The notes beneath the pieces were generated by a model. It ran no database searches. It saw only the letters and a program-made list of their open reading frames with translations, and was not told the origin of the DNA. A DNA stretch of 32,000 nucleotides from Candidatus Scalindua sp. Its GTDB lineage: Bacteria; Planctomycetota; Brocadiia; Brocadiales; Scalinduaceae. The position numbers and the translations under genes are program-made. The DNA lies in assembly GCA_031316235.1 (NCBI GenBank), contig JALDRA010000001.1:1560001-1592000 (forward strand), given 5' to 3'. Every line of letters starts with the position of its first letter. Position 1 is the stretch's first letter. This document shows positions 1 through 8,756 of this stretch, in pieces.

Positions 1-182
1 GTGGTTACTTCTCCCGCCACAAGGACCATACCCGTTGTTACCAGGGTCTCACACGCGACTCGTGAAAGCGGATCCTGTTCAAGGAAAGCATCTAATATTG
101 AGTCAGAAATTTGATCAGCTATTTTATCAGGATGCCCCATAGACACCGATTCAGAAGTAAATAAATATCTTCCTGCTTTCAT
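1..182 (-). CDS. metK: S-adenosylmethionine synthetase, N-terminal part (continues past the left edge)
   Basis: Minus-strand ATG at 182-180. Translation [60 protein letters not shown] carries the MetK N-terminal signature (SESV..GHPDK..DQISD...RVA.E). A GAGGGAGGG SD-like run lies just upstream at 183-200. Absent from the ORF track because it is truncated. Confidence 0.85.
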   Translation of the reverse strand, partial: MKAGRYLFTSESVSMGHPDKIADQISDSILDAFLEQDPLSRVACETLVTTGMVLVAGEVT

Positions 183-221
183 ACACCCTCCCTCTCTTGA
201 TTTAAAATTTTCATTTAGTTT

Positions 222-2828
222 CTATTTACCGCAACACTGTTTAAATTTCTTTCCGCTCCCACAGGGACAAGGCTGATTTCTCCCTACTTTTGCACCAATA
301 CGGATAGGTTCAAGTTTCTGCTCTTCCTGCTGGCTGCGTCCTGACGATGAAACCTTCTCTTTTTTTGCAGCCGGAGCTTCTGGTACTGAATTCTCTGAGT
401 CCTGGTACACAAAGTTATCAGGATGCCATACATCTTTATAGCGGTCTATTGTTTCAGGCTTGATTCGGATCTTGAATATCAGATCAGTAACCTCTTCCCG
501 AATAGAGGTCGACATACTCTCGAACATTATCAATGCTTCCCGTTTATACTCTATCTTCGGATCTACCTGGGCATACCCCCTTAACCCTATTCCCGATTTC
601 AGGTGATCCATGGCATATAAATGATCTTTCCATTTGGTGTCAATTTTATCGAGCATGAGAATCTGTTCAATTTTCCGTAACGATTCTTCGCCTATCTCCT
701 TCTCTTTTTCTTGATAAGTCTGAAAAGCCTTATCAATTAACACCTTCTCAATATCTTCCCTCGTCTCTTCCTCCACGCTTTTCTTGTTGTCCAGCACTAT
801 CCCCAGTTTCTGTTCATACCATTTGAACAGGCTCTCCAATTCCCACTCGCTGTTGTGCAATTTTGGATTTAAATAGTAATCAACTGAATCCTGTATACTC
901 TCCTCGATCATCTGGAGCATATCTTCTCTGAGACCTTCCTGTCTTAAAATCTTCTGCCGTCGCGTATAGATAGTCTTTCTCTGTTCATCCATAACTTCAT
1001 CATACTCAAGCAAATTCTTACGTATTTCGAAATTGTGCTCTTCAACCTTCTTCTGTGCCCTCTCTATTGATTTGTTTATCATGGTATGCTCAATTGCCAT
1101 GCCATCGACCATACCAAATTTTTTCAAAATTGCTCCCACTCTTTCCGGTGCAAAGATACGCATCAAATCGTCTTCGATTGAAACATAAAACCGTGATGAA
1201 CCGGGATCCCCCTGACGGGCTGCACGGCCACGTAGCTGATTATCGATACGTCTCGATTCATGTCTTTCTGTTCCAATTATGTGAAGGCCTCCCTCTTCAG
1301 CAATACCATCGCCGAGAACAATATCTGTCCCCCTCCCGGCCATGTTCGTAGCAATCGTAACATTTCCTCTCTGCCCTGCCTTTGAGACTATGGCAGCTTC
1401 CCGTTCGTGATGTTTGGCATTAAGCACCTCATGTTCAATCCCGCATCTCCTGAGCATGGTACTGAGCAGCTCAGATTTCTCTATCGAAATGGTTCCAACC
1501 AATATAGGCCTGCCTGTTTTATGAACCTCTACTATTTCCTCTACGATCGCATTATGTTTTTCTTTCGGGGTACAATACACCTTATCAGGATAGTTATGGC
1601 GCCTCAAAGGTTTATTTGTTGGGATAACAACGACCTCCAGACCATAGATCTTGTCAAATTCTGTTGCCTCGGTAAAGGCTGTTCCCGTCATACCTGAAAG
1701 TTTTTTATAAAGTCTGAAATAGTTCTGAAGCGTGATTGTTGCTAATGTCTGGTTCTCCTCCTTTATTTTCAGGCGCTCCTTTGCCTGCACAGCCTGATGA
1801 AGGCCATCACTCCACACTCTGCCTTCCATTAATCTCCCGGTAAATTCATCAACGATGATGACGTCTCTCCCCCTCACGATATAGTCGGTATCAATACTAT
1901 ATAACGAATGTGCTCGCAGGCTCTGTTCTATATAATGGGGCCAATCCATGTTGATATCTTCATAGATGCTGTCAACACCAAGCTGGTTTTCGACAAAGTT
2001 TATGCCCTCTTCGGTCAAGTTAACGCTTTTCTCTTTCTCTTTTATCTCATAGTGTGTTCCCCGTTTCATTTTCCTTGCGATCTTATCAGCGGTATAATAT
2101 TTATCAGTCGATTCCTCGGATGGTCCGGAGATAATCAGGGGTGTCCTTGCCTCATCGATCAAGATACTGTCAACTTCATCGACGATAGCGTAGTTTAACC
2201 CCCTCTGGACCTGTTCTTCCAGGTGCACCCGCATATTGTCCCGCAAGTAGTCAAACCCAAATTCATTATTCGTGCCATAGGTAATATCAGTTTTATAGGC
2301 TAGCTTTTTATCTTCATAGCTCTGCTTCCCCTGTATCGAGCCAGACGTAATCCCTAAAAATTCATACATCGGCCCCATCCAATCCCTATCCCTTTTGGCA
2401 AGATAGTCATTGACGGTGATGACGTGTACACCTTTTCCCTCAAGCGCATTTAGATATGCCGGTAACGTTGCAGCAAGGGTCTTCCCCTCCCCTGTTCCCA
2501 TTTCTGCAATCTTCCCCTGATGCAGAACTATACCTCCTATTAATTGAACATCAAAATGGCGCATACCCGTACTTGATCCGTCAGAATTCGTTATTAACAA
2601 CACACGGGCACTCGCCTCTCTCACGGCAGCAAACGCCTCAGGTAACAGATCATCTAACTTTTCACCGTCAGCAAGGCGTTCCCGAAACTTGTCCGTCATT
2701 TCACGGAGTTCAGCGTCAGTAAGCCCCTTCATCTTACTTTCAAGTAAATTTATCTGCTCAACGATCGGATTGAGTGCTTTTAAAACTCGTTCGTTAGAGG
2801 ACCCGAATATCTTTGTAAAAATACCCAT
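222..2828 (-). CDS. secA: preprotein translocase ATPase SecA
   Basis: 868-aa ORF. Typical N-terminus MGIFTKIFGSSNERVLK, Walker A MGTGEGKTL, DEAD-like VDEVDSILIDEARTPLIISG, and the C-terminal zinc-binding tail CPCGSGKKFKQCCGK. Confidence 0.97.
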   Translation of the reverse strand: MGIFTKIFGSSNERVLKALNPIVEQINLLESKMKGLTDAELREMTDKFRERLADGEKLDDLLPEAFAAVREASARVLLITNSDGSSTGMRHFDVQLIGGIVLHQGKIAEMGTGEGKTLAATLPAYLNALEGKGVHVITVNDYLAKRDRDWMGPMYEFLGITSGSIQGKQSYEDKKLAYKTDITYGTNNEFGFDYLRDNMRVHLEEQVQRGLNYAIVDEVDSILIDEARTPLIISGPSEESTDKYYTADKIARKMKRGTHYEIKEKEKSVNLTEEGINFVENQLGVDSIYEDINMDWPHYIEQSLRAHSLYSIDTDYIVRGRDVIIVDEFTGRLMEGRVWSDGLHQAVQAKERLKIKEENQTLATITLQNYFRLYKKLSGMTGTAFTEATEFDKIYGLEVVVIPTNKPLRRHNYPDKVYCTPKEKHNAIVEEIVEVHKTGRPILVGTISIEKSELLSTMLRRCGIEHEVLNAKHHEREAAIVSKAGQRGNVTIATNMAGRGTDIVLGDGIAEEGGLHIIGTERHESRRIDNQLRGRAARQGDPGSSRFYVSIEDDLMRIFAPERVGAILKKFGMVDGMAIEHTMINKSIERAQKKVEEHNFEIRKNLLEYDEVMDEQRKTIYTRRQKILRQEGLREDMLQMIEESIQDSVDYYLNPKLHNSEWELESLFKWYEQKLGIVLDNKKSVEEETREDIEKVLIDKAFQTYQEKEKEIGEESLRKIEQILMLDKIDTKWKDHLYAMDHLKSGIGLRGYAQVDPKIEYKREALIMFESMSTSIREEVTDLIFKIRIKPETIDRYKDVWHPDNFVYQDSENSVPEAPAAKKEKVSSSGRSQQEEQKLEPIRIGAKVGRNQPCPCGSGKKFKQCCGK

Positions 2829-3080
2829 CTCTTATGTAAGATCCAAAAAAAATAATAAAAAAAACAGCTGTTTTCAAAACAGGTTTATACTAAATTCCGA
2901 AAAATCAGTCATCTTCCATTATGTAGCCTGCAGATTGTCATAACTCTTTAGTGCCAATAAGTTAGCACAAGTTAAATACAGGGGCCAATTTTAGTGAATT
3001 AAACCAGATTTGAGAAAACCTGTCAACTTAAATAAAAGACATGATAAAAGATACGACAACCTATACCCCTGCGCAAACAA

Positions 3081-3107
3081 GTCGTAAAAGGATTTCAGAT
3101 TTACGAC
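3081..3107 (-). terminator. candidate intrinsic terminator downstream of dinG
   Basis: Hairpin gtcgtaaa-N11-tttacgac (8-bp stem) about 30 nt after the dinG stop. On the minus strand it is followed by ttgtttg, a weak U-tract. A second tttacgac copy sits at 3114-3121. Confidence 0.35.
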
Positions 3108-3136
3108 TTGGAATTTACGACTTTTTAAGAGATTGG

Positions 3137-5047
3137 TCAAAATATTTTTTGGGTGTCAAAAAACTGTTTAACCGATTGTATGTCAGTCACCGTATCACAA
3201 TCGGGAAGTGAATTGAGAAAAAATCTTCCATAGTACTTTGTCTTTATCCGTGGGTCCAGGATTGCGACTATGCCAACATCAGTCTTCGTCCTTATCAAAC
3301 GGCCGAATCCCTGCCTCAACAGGGTAATTGCCTGCGGTATCTGGTAATGCATAAAGGGGGATTTTTGCTGTTTTTTCAGCAACTCCATCCTTGCCTCAAT
3401 GATGGGGTCATCTGGAACAGCAAAGGGTAATCTGGTTATAATGACACATTCCAGGGCTTTACCAGGTACGTCGATACCCTGCCAGAAGGTAATGGTACCA
3501 AACAGGACGGAGTTACTGTTTCTTTTGAATTCTTCAACCAGCTTGTACCTCGGTTTATCCCCCTGCCTGAATAACGCGAAAGAAGACAGATCAGTCTTGA
3601 GTCCTTCATACACGGTATTCAGCATCTCAAAACTGGTGAACAAAACGAAGGATTTCCCCTGCGTGGTAATGAGTATCTCTTTTACCTGCTCCATAACCTT
3701 TAATTTAAATTCTCCCGGTTCACGGTTGGGATCAGGAATGTTCTCAGGCAGGTAAATAAGTGCATTTTCTGAAAAATTAAAAGGAGAACCTATTATCTTT
3801 TCAATGCACTCTTCTCTTGTGGCCTGAAGGGTGATTCCTCCTGTATCCGTCATCTGGAAATGCTCTTCTGGATCCCCCAGCCGGACCGGCACTCCCAATC
3901 GCTCTCTGATATAATGAAATGTTCCGTTTGTTGAAAGTGTTGCAGAGGTCAAGACAACAGGCCTGATTTTATTGAATACCCGCATCCTGAACTCATCAGC
4001 AATATTAATGGGAGCCGCAAACAAGGAACACCTCTGAGAACCAGGACTCAATGGTTCAAACAGGCTGACCGATTGCCGGTCATCTGGAAATCGGGTCTGC
4101 CGTGTTTTCTGTCTCCTCTCAACTTCCACCCAAAATACCCCCTCTTCCAAGCCCTGGTCAATAAAGGTAGAGAGATTTTGGTTCGTTTCATCACAACGCC
4201 TTATGTAGGCTTCAATTTCCAGGCGCCCCTCTTCTGTTCTTGTCTGGTCCCGTAATAACCGCAGCAATGAGGAAAGATTTGATAAGGGTCTGCTCAAGGT
4301 GTTATCAAGGGCGCCCTTTTTCATTATCCGCGTAGCCGCCCTCTCATCACCGAATTTGTTAATGGCCTCAGAAAATAAGAGATCAGACGCCTCCTTTGCC
4401 TCAATCAAAGCCTGTTCAATCTCAATTCCCTTTTCACGGGTGGGGAGAAGTCTCGACAACATGCCTTTACCCGTCTTCGGATTGAAAATAGAGTCGAGCA
4501 GAAATTTCACCTTAAGGCTTGAAATCTCAATGCTGAAATAGCTTGTCGCTACATCTTCAAGAGTATGCGCTTCATCAAAGACTACCGCATCAAATTTCGG
4601 CAATACACATCCATCATTTACCAGGTTTGCAAAAAACAGATGATGATTAGTGACCAGGATTTGAGCCTTGTACTCTTTTTTTCGTGCCTTATTGAAGTAG
4701 CATTCCTCTTTAAATTCACATTTTTTCCCGAAGCAAAGATCCGATTCCCGGCAGATCTTGCTCCACGTTGATCTTGAAGGTTCAAATTCAAGCCCTGATC
4801 GTACCCCGTCCTTTGTGTGCCGCTCCCATTCGATAATTTCTTCAAATGCTTGTGCCTCTTCACTCGTTTCACGGTGACCTTCTAATTGTACCTGATTGAA
4901 TCTCCTCAAACACAAATAGTTTTGCCCGCCGATACAAATAGCAAACGAAAACGCATCATCTCCGGTACACGGAGAGACAGAGCTCAGTGCATCACGAAGA
5001 AAAGGGAGGTCATTTTGTACGAGCTGTTCCTGCAGAGTTTTTGTATA
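3137..5047 (-). pseudogene. dinG: DinG/XPD-family ATP-dependent DNA helicase, distal ~635 codons, cut off from its 5' end by the IS
   Basis: Contains the DEAH box VVFDEAHTLED, the Cys cluster CRESDLCFGKKCEFKEEC (FeS-domain type), and C-terminal helicase motifs (LFTSFEML, FWQGIDVPG, QGFGRLIRT). The true frame enters from the IS junction as ...YTKTLQEQL. The MRLL start in the ORF track is IS-derived sequence. Confidence 0.85.
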
Positions 5048-5209
5048 GAGCAGACGCATAAACTTACAAAGCTTTTGTTAGTAAATAAGTTATGGGAAAC
5101 GTTAGTGGTAGTTTTTTGTAAAAAGAGTGACAAGAAGAATGTACCAACGAGTCAGGATGCCGTATTTTAAAGGGTTTTGCAAAATAATTTACAAAATGCA
5201 AAAGTAAAA

Positions 5210-5239
5210 TTACAAAATACGGTGCCCAACTTGTATAAT
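5210..5239 (+). promoter_or_regulatory. candidate transposase promoter inside the IS
   Basis: ttacaa (5210-5215), 18-nt spacer, tataat (5234-5239), about 50 nt upstream of the transposase ATG. Direct repeats of ttacaaaat lie around it. Confidence 0.35.
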
Positions 5240-5288
5240 AGAAGTCACACAACAACACAAACTACTATACAAGAAAGGACACACAAGA

Positions 5289-6893
5289 ATGCTACCATTA
5301 TCACAAATTGAAAGCAACCAAAAACCACTTCTCATTCACACCGTTCACGAAGACGACAAGGTACTGCTTAATACGCCAGATGCAGAGTGGTTTAGGGTTT
5401 TATATTATTTTCCCTGGGAGAAACACCGTGTTTTTGGTGCTGAGTATTATGATGCGCTTTATGAATTTAATAAGCGAGAAGAGAGAAAGAGGCAAGAGAG
5501 TAAACTCCAAAAGAACGTTGTATTGTCTCAGAGCAAAGAAGATAGAAGGCAGCTGCTTTTATTTGATAGAGTAACCATGCAGGTTGATAAGGAGAAAAAA
5601 AGTAGAGTACTTTATGAAGTAAAGGCTGAATCCAAAGTCCAGATGGTAAATCCCTTTAGGATATCTCCCGGGGTAGTACCATTTCGATTGGGAGGTAAGA
5701 GGCCAAAGTGTTTTTTTGCGTTGTTGAAGAGTTTTTTGGGTACAGCGCTCATGGGATTTCCGTGCGAACCGGAAAAGGTGTCCATGTTATTAAAGAGTAA
5801 TCCGAGTTTTGTCCGAGTATGTGGATTTGCGCCGAAAGGAGAAAGGGATGAGTATTGCAGCAGGCATATCCCGAGTGAGCGTAAACTGCAGCAGTTTGAC
5901 CAGATCATGAGTGAATGGGGGCTATGGGATAAGATGAAGATTATGCTGGTGACTGAAAACATAGAGACAGGTGCGATTAAAATAGAGAAAGAAGTAGTCG
6001 GAGATACAACCCACTATTATGCGTATTCAGGGTTTGAGACAGTAAAGTATAAAGACAAAGACGGCAAGGAGCAGAGGAAGTCGCAATCAAAGTTAACCAA
6101 GAAGTGTCGCTGTCAAGACAGAGACAAGTGTGAACATGACTGGGTACTGGCAGATGAAGGAGCGGGAACAATCGTGAAATCCATAACAAAGATGTATTGG
6201 GGCCACAAAGCAAGCATTGTCGGTTTTCCCCGCCAAGGGGTGCCTTTGGATGCAAGGGCGGTGTTGGATGGACCGACCCATGATGGAGAGACATTTCTTC
6301 CGCATATAGAAGAAGTATTTGATACCTATCCGGTAATTAAAGAATCGGTTAAAAGAGCATTGTATGATAGTGCGTGTGACAGCAAAGATTTGAAAGATAA
6401 GTTTATGGACAAACTTGGGCTGGAATTAAAGGCATCTTTAAATCCAAGGCGTCAGAGGGAAGTAACAGTTGGGTTGCCGCGTGGTATGGAGAAGATAACG
6501 CCGTATGGTGTCGTAATTTGCAATGGGGGCCATGAGATGGATTACAAAGGAATGCGTTATGAACGAGAGAAATTCATTTATCATGCGCCAACGGATACAG
6601 ATGGAGGATCGGTGTGTTCAACATGCCGGCATCAGGTAGAGTGTTGCCCCAATTCGCTAACCGGCAGGATGATTAATATATCATTTGGATTGTTATCCCA
6701 CATAGACACAGAAGACCCTCCGATGGCAAAGAGATTTAAGGCGATAATGACACGTCGCCCTTCAGTTGAGCGGATGATAAAGCGGCTGAAGTGTGATAGT
6801 GGTGATGATCGTTTAAGCAAGAGAGGGAATCTCTCATTTCAGGCATACCTGGATAAGACGATGATTGCTTTTCACCTCTTGTTACAGAATTAA
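5289..6893 (+). CDS. DDE transposase, IS1182-like architecture
   Basis: 534 aa. InsH/DUF772-like N-terminal region (GGKRPKCFFALLKSFLGTALMGF...NPSFVRVCGF). DDE_Tnp_1-like blocks VVGDTTHYYAY, WGHKASIV, ALYDSACDS, and the C-terminal RRPSVERMIKRLK...RGNLSFQAYLDKTMIAFHLL. A Cys-rich insert (VICNGGHEM...CSTCRHQVECCPNS) lies before the last block, as in IS1182-type enzymes. Confidence 0.88.
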   Translation: MLPLSQIESNQKPLLIHTVHEDDKVLLNTPDAEWFRVLYYFPWEKHRVFGAEYYDALYEFNKREERKRQESKLQKNVVLSQSKEDRRQLLLFDRVTMQVDKEKKSRVLYEVKAESKVQMVNPFRISPGVVPFRLGGKRPKCFFALLKSFLGTALMGFPCEPEKVSMLLKSNPSFVRVCGFAPKGERDEYCSRHIPSERKLQQFDQIMSEWGLWDKMKIMLVTENIETGAIKIEKEVVGDTTHYYAYSGFETVKYKDKDGKEQRKSQSKLTKKCRCQDRDKCEHDWVLADEGAGTIVKSITKMYWGHKASIVGFPRQGVPLDARAVLDGPTHDGETFLPHIEEVFDTYPVIKESVKRALYDSACDSKDLKDKFMDKLGLELKASLNPRRQREVTVGLPRGMEKITPYGVVICNGGHEMDYKGMRYEREKFIYHAPTDTDGGSVCSTCRHQVECCPNSLTGRMINISFGLLSHIDTEDPPMAKRFKAIMTRRPSVERMIKRLKCDSGDDRLSKRGNLSFQAYLDKTMIAFHLLLQN

Positions 6894-7059
6894 ATTGATG
6901 TTTCTGGAAGCAAAATAAAAGACCATGGGAGAGGTGTTTCCAAATTTGCAAATTACCTCCATTATTGGTGCTGTGCTATTTCTTTCTGTTTGCTTTTTAC
7001 TTGATTTTGAAATACGAGTAAAAAAAATTTTGCGTTGAACACTTTTCGTTCGAGTTTAT

Positions 7060-7301
7060 GCGGAGGCTCTATAGGTTGAGATAACAACCTTTTTGTTTTT
7101 TTTTGATGACCAGAGTATGAATGGTACCAGATATGCCAGACTTTTCCCCACTCCGGTACCCGCTTCAACGATCAGGTGCCTGTTCTCATTGATAGATACC
7201 CCTATCGAACGGGCCATCTCAATCTGTTGAGGTCTTGGCTCGTAACCCTTTAACTTTTTGGCAAAGATACCCTGTTTTCCAAATACGTCCTCTATCAACA
7301 T
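7060..7301 (-). pseudogene. dinG: DinG helicase, proximal 77 codons (Walker A part)
   Basis: MLIEDVFGKQGIF...YEPRPQQIEMA...LIVEAGTGVGKSLAYLVP...KKVVISTY, then it reads into the IS (RASA, stop). Joins in frame to 5047 once the IS and one target-repeat copy are removed. Confidence 0.85.
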
Positions 7302-7408
7302 ACTTTCTACTCTTGTTTAGAAAAAAACTGTCCTCTGTGTGAAATTCACAGCGAGCTGAGAACAAATTTTTTCTCCATTTTCTTCAGGATAAACAAAATC
7401 CTTTTACC

Positions 7409-7437
7409 TTGCAATTTATTTATATCTTTACTATAAT
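7409..7437 (+). promoter_or_regulatory. near-consensus sigma70-type promoter
   Basis: ttgcaa (7409-7414), exactly 17 nt, tataat (7432-7437), in the divergent dinG/FTR-like intergenic region. Implies a leader of about 157 nt before the TTG start at 7602. Confidence 0.5.
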
Positions 7438-7601
7438 TCCGCTTTTGTGGCGAATACGACAGCAATTATGTCTCACATCAGGGAACTCCCGGTCTCCCCT
7501 CCGAACATTACCTGCTTTTTTGACTGCGCGGCCCCATCAGAATGGCTGTCGGGCTGAAAATTCAAATTCCATTTCTATAAAATTGATTTGGGAGAAAAAC
7601 T

Positions 7602-7913
7602 TTGGACTGTGAATTAAGTCAAATAGAAACAGATATACGCAAGCTGGTCGAGGAATATGCAGAAACCGGCCCCTATGAGTTGAATCCGGATACAAAGCAT
7701 GTTGATAAGGTAATTAAGGGTCTGGCAAAGAGAAAACTCAAGTATGGGCAGTACTATTGTCCCTGCAGAATGGTTTCAGAAAACAGGGAAATCGATGATA
7801 AGATTATCTGCCCGTGCGAATATCATATTGAAGAAATAAGACAATATGGTATCTGCAGCTGTGATCTCTTTGTAAGGCAGGATTATCAATTTTCCTCTGC
7901 AGCGAAATCCTAA
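7602..7913 (+). CDS. ferredoxin:thioredoxin reductase catalytic-subunit-like protein
   Basis: 103 aa, TTG start with GGAGA 7 nt upstream. The cysteine pattern CPCR-x13-CPC-x12-CSC-DLF matches the FTR beta-chain layout (CPC...CPC...CHC). Confidence 0.8.
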   Translation: MDCELSQIETDIRKLVEEYAETGPYELNPDTKHVDKVIKGLAKRKLKYGQYYCPCRMVSENREIDDKIICPCEYHIEEIRQYGICSCDLFVRQDYQFSSAAKS

Positions 7914-7931
7914 TCAGCCCCAACATTTCAA

Positions 7932-7952
7932 GAGAATCCTATGGTTCTTTTT
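7932..7952 (+). terminator. candidate intrinsic terminator after the FTR-like gene
   Basis: agaatc-ctat-ggttct hairpin (6 bp including one G:T) running into a T-run, about 20 nt after the stop. Confidence 0.35.
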
Positions 7953-8166
7953 TGAACAAGAATCGTGAGGTGCAGAAATACGCCTGACAAAATTCTGTAT
8001 CAGCTTCATGAAATCTGAACGATCTGAAGACAGAGCCTCCCCAGGGAGAAACCATCTGAACCATGTGATAGCCCGGGAACATGCAGTAAAACAGTGCATT
8101 TGACCTGTAAGAAGCTGCCATAAGACTTTTCATCCCGTTACACGACTGAAGCAGAAAGGAGTTTTT

Positions 8167-8586
8167 ATGTCTCTGATAACCTGGAATGAAACCATGTCTG
8201 TAAATATCGAAGAAATTGACAACCAACATCAGGAATTTGTGAAAATCCTCAATACCTTGTTTGAGGCAATGAAAGCGGCAAAAGGTTCAGAAGTGCTGGA
8301 AGATGTCATTACCAAACTTGTAGACTATACCCGTTATCACTTTACCGCTGAAGAGACTCTTTTTGACAAGCTTGGATATCCTGATTCAGAGCTCCACAAG
8401 AAAGAACACCGATATTTTTTTGAGCAGATTGATGAGTTCAGGAAGGCATTAAATCAGGGAAATACCCTGCGATACAATAACAACACCCCGCTCTCAGTTA
8501 CTGTATGGAAGTTGCTGAAACACTGGCTGATCAACCATATAATGGAATTTGACAAGAAATTTGCCCCTTTATTCAGAGAAAAATGA
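8167..8586 (+). CDS. bacteriohemerythrin
   Basis: 139 aa. WNETMSVNIEEIDNQHQEF, HFTAEE, HKKEH and INHIMEFDKKF give the His/Glu/Asp di-iron ligand pattern of hemerythrin-like domains. AAGGAG RBS upstream. Confidence 0.9.
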   Translation: MSLITWNETMSVNIEEIDNQHQEFVKILNTLFEAMKAAKGSEVLEDVITKLVDYTRYHFTAEETLFDKLGYPDSELHKKEHRYFFEQIDEFRKALNQGNTLRYNNNTPLSVTVWKLLKHWLINHIMEFDKKFAPLFREK

Positions 8587-8756
8587 GCTGGCCAGTCAGC
8601 ATTGAAAGATTCAAAGTGTCTTTAAACGCCGACACATCAATAAAACACGGAGGTGCATCCCAGCAATGGATCTAAAAACCAGGATGCCTTGATCCATTTT
8701 CACCCCTGTGTCTGTTCCGTGCATCTCATCCCCTATCAATATGCAGGTGAATCCTT

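Larger units (their letters stand above)
5048..7059 (+). mobile_element. 2012-bp insertion sequence (IS5/IS1182 superfamily) inserted in dinG
   Basis: Terminal inverted repeats gagcAGAcgcataaact (5048-5064) and the reverse complement of 7043-7059, gagcCTCcgcataaact (14/17 match). Flanking direct repeat TATA at 5044-5047 and 7060-7063, or TATAG if the terminal G is counted as target. One intact transposase ORF inside. Confidence 0.85.

Noticed and set aside
2845-2880. The palindrome aaaacagctgtttt and an A-rich tract upstream of secA, as a possible operator or terminator.
   Set aside because: A single short AT-rich palindrome in an AT-rich intergenic region. There is no second copy and no flanking U-tract in the relevant orientation. 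It may be part of the secA promoter region, but I cannot support a specific call.
1055-2943. Plus-strand ORFs of 84-98 aa antisense to secA, and similar antisense ORFs inside dinG, carB, carA, ribBA, pilX and pilC.
   Set aside because: All lie wholly within long, motif-rich genes on the opposite strand. They have low-complexity or Cys/Ser/Leu-rich translations and no RBS or recognisable motifs.
6962-7168. A 68-aa minus-strand ORF spanning the IS right end and the dinG junction.
   Set aside because: It crosses the IS/target boundary in a frame different from dinG. It is a by-product of the insertion, not a gene.
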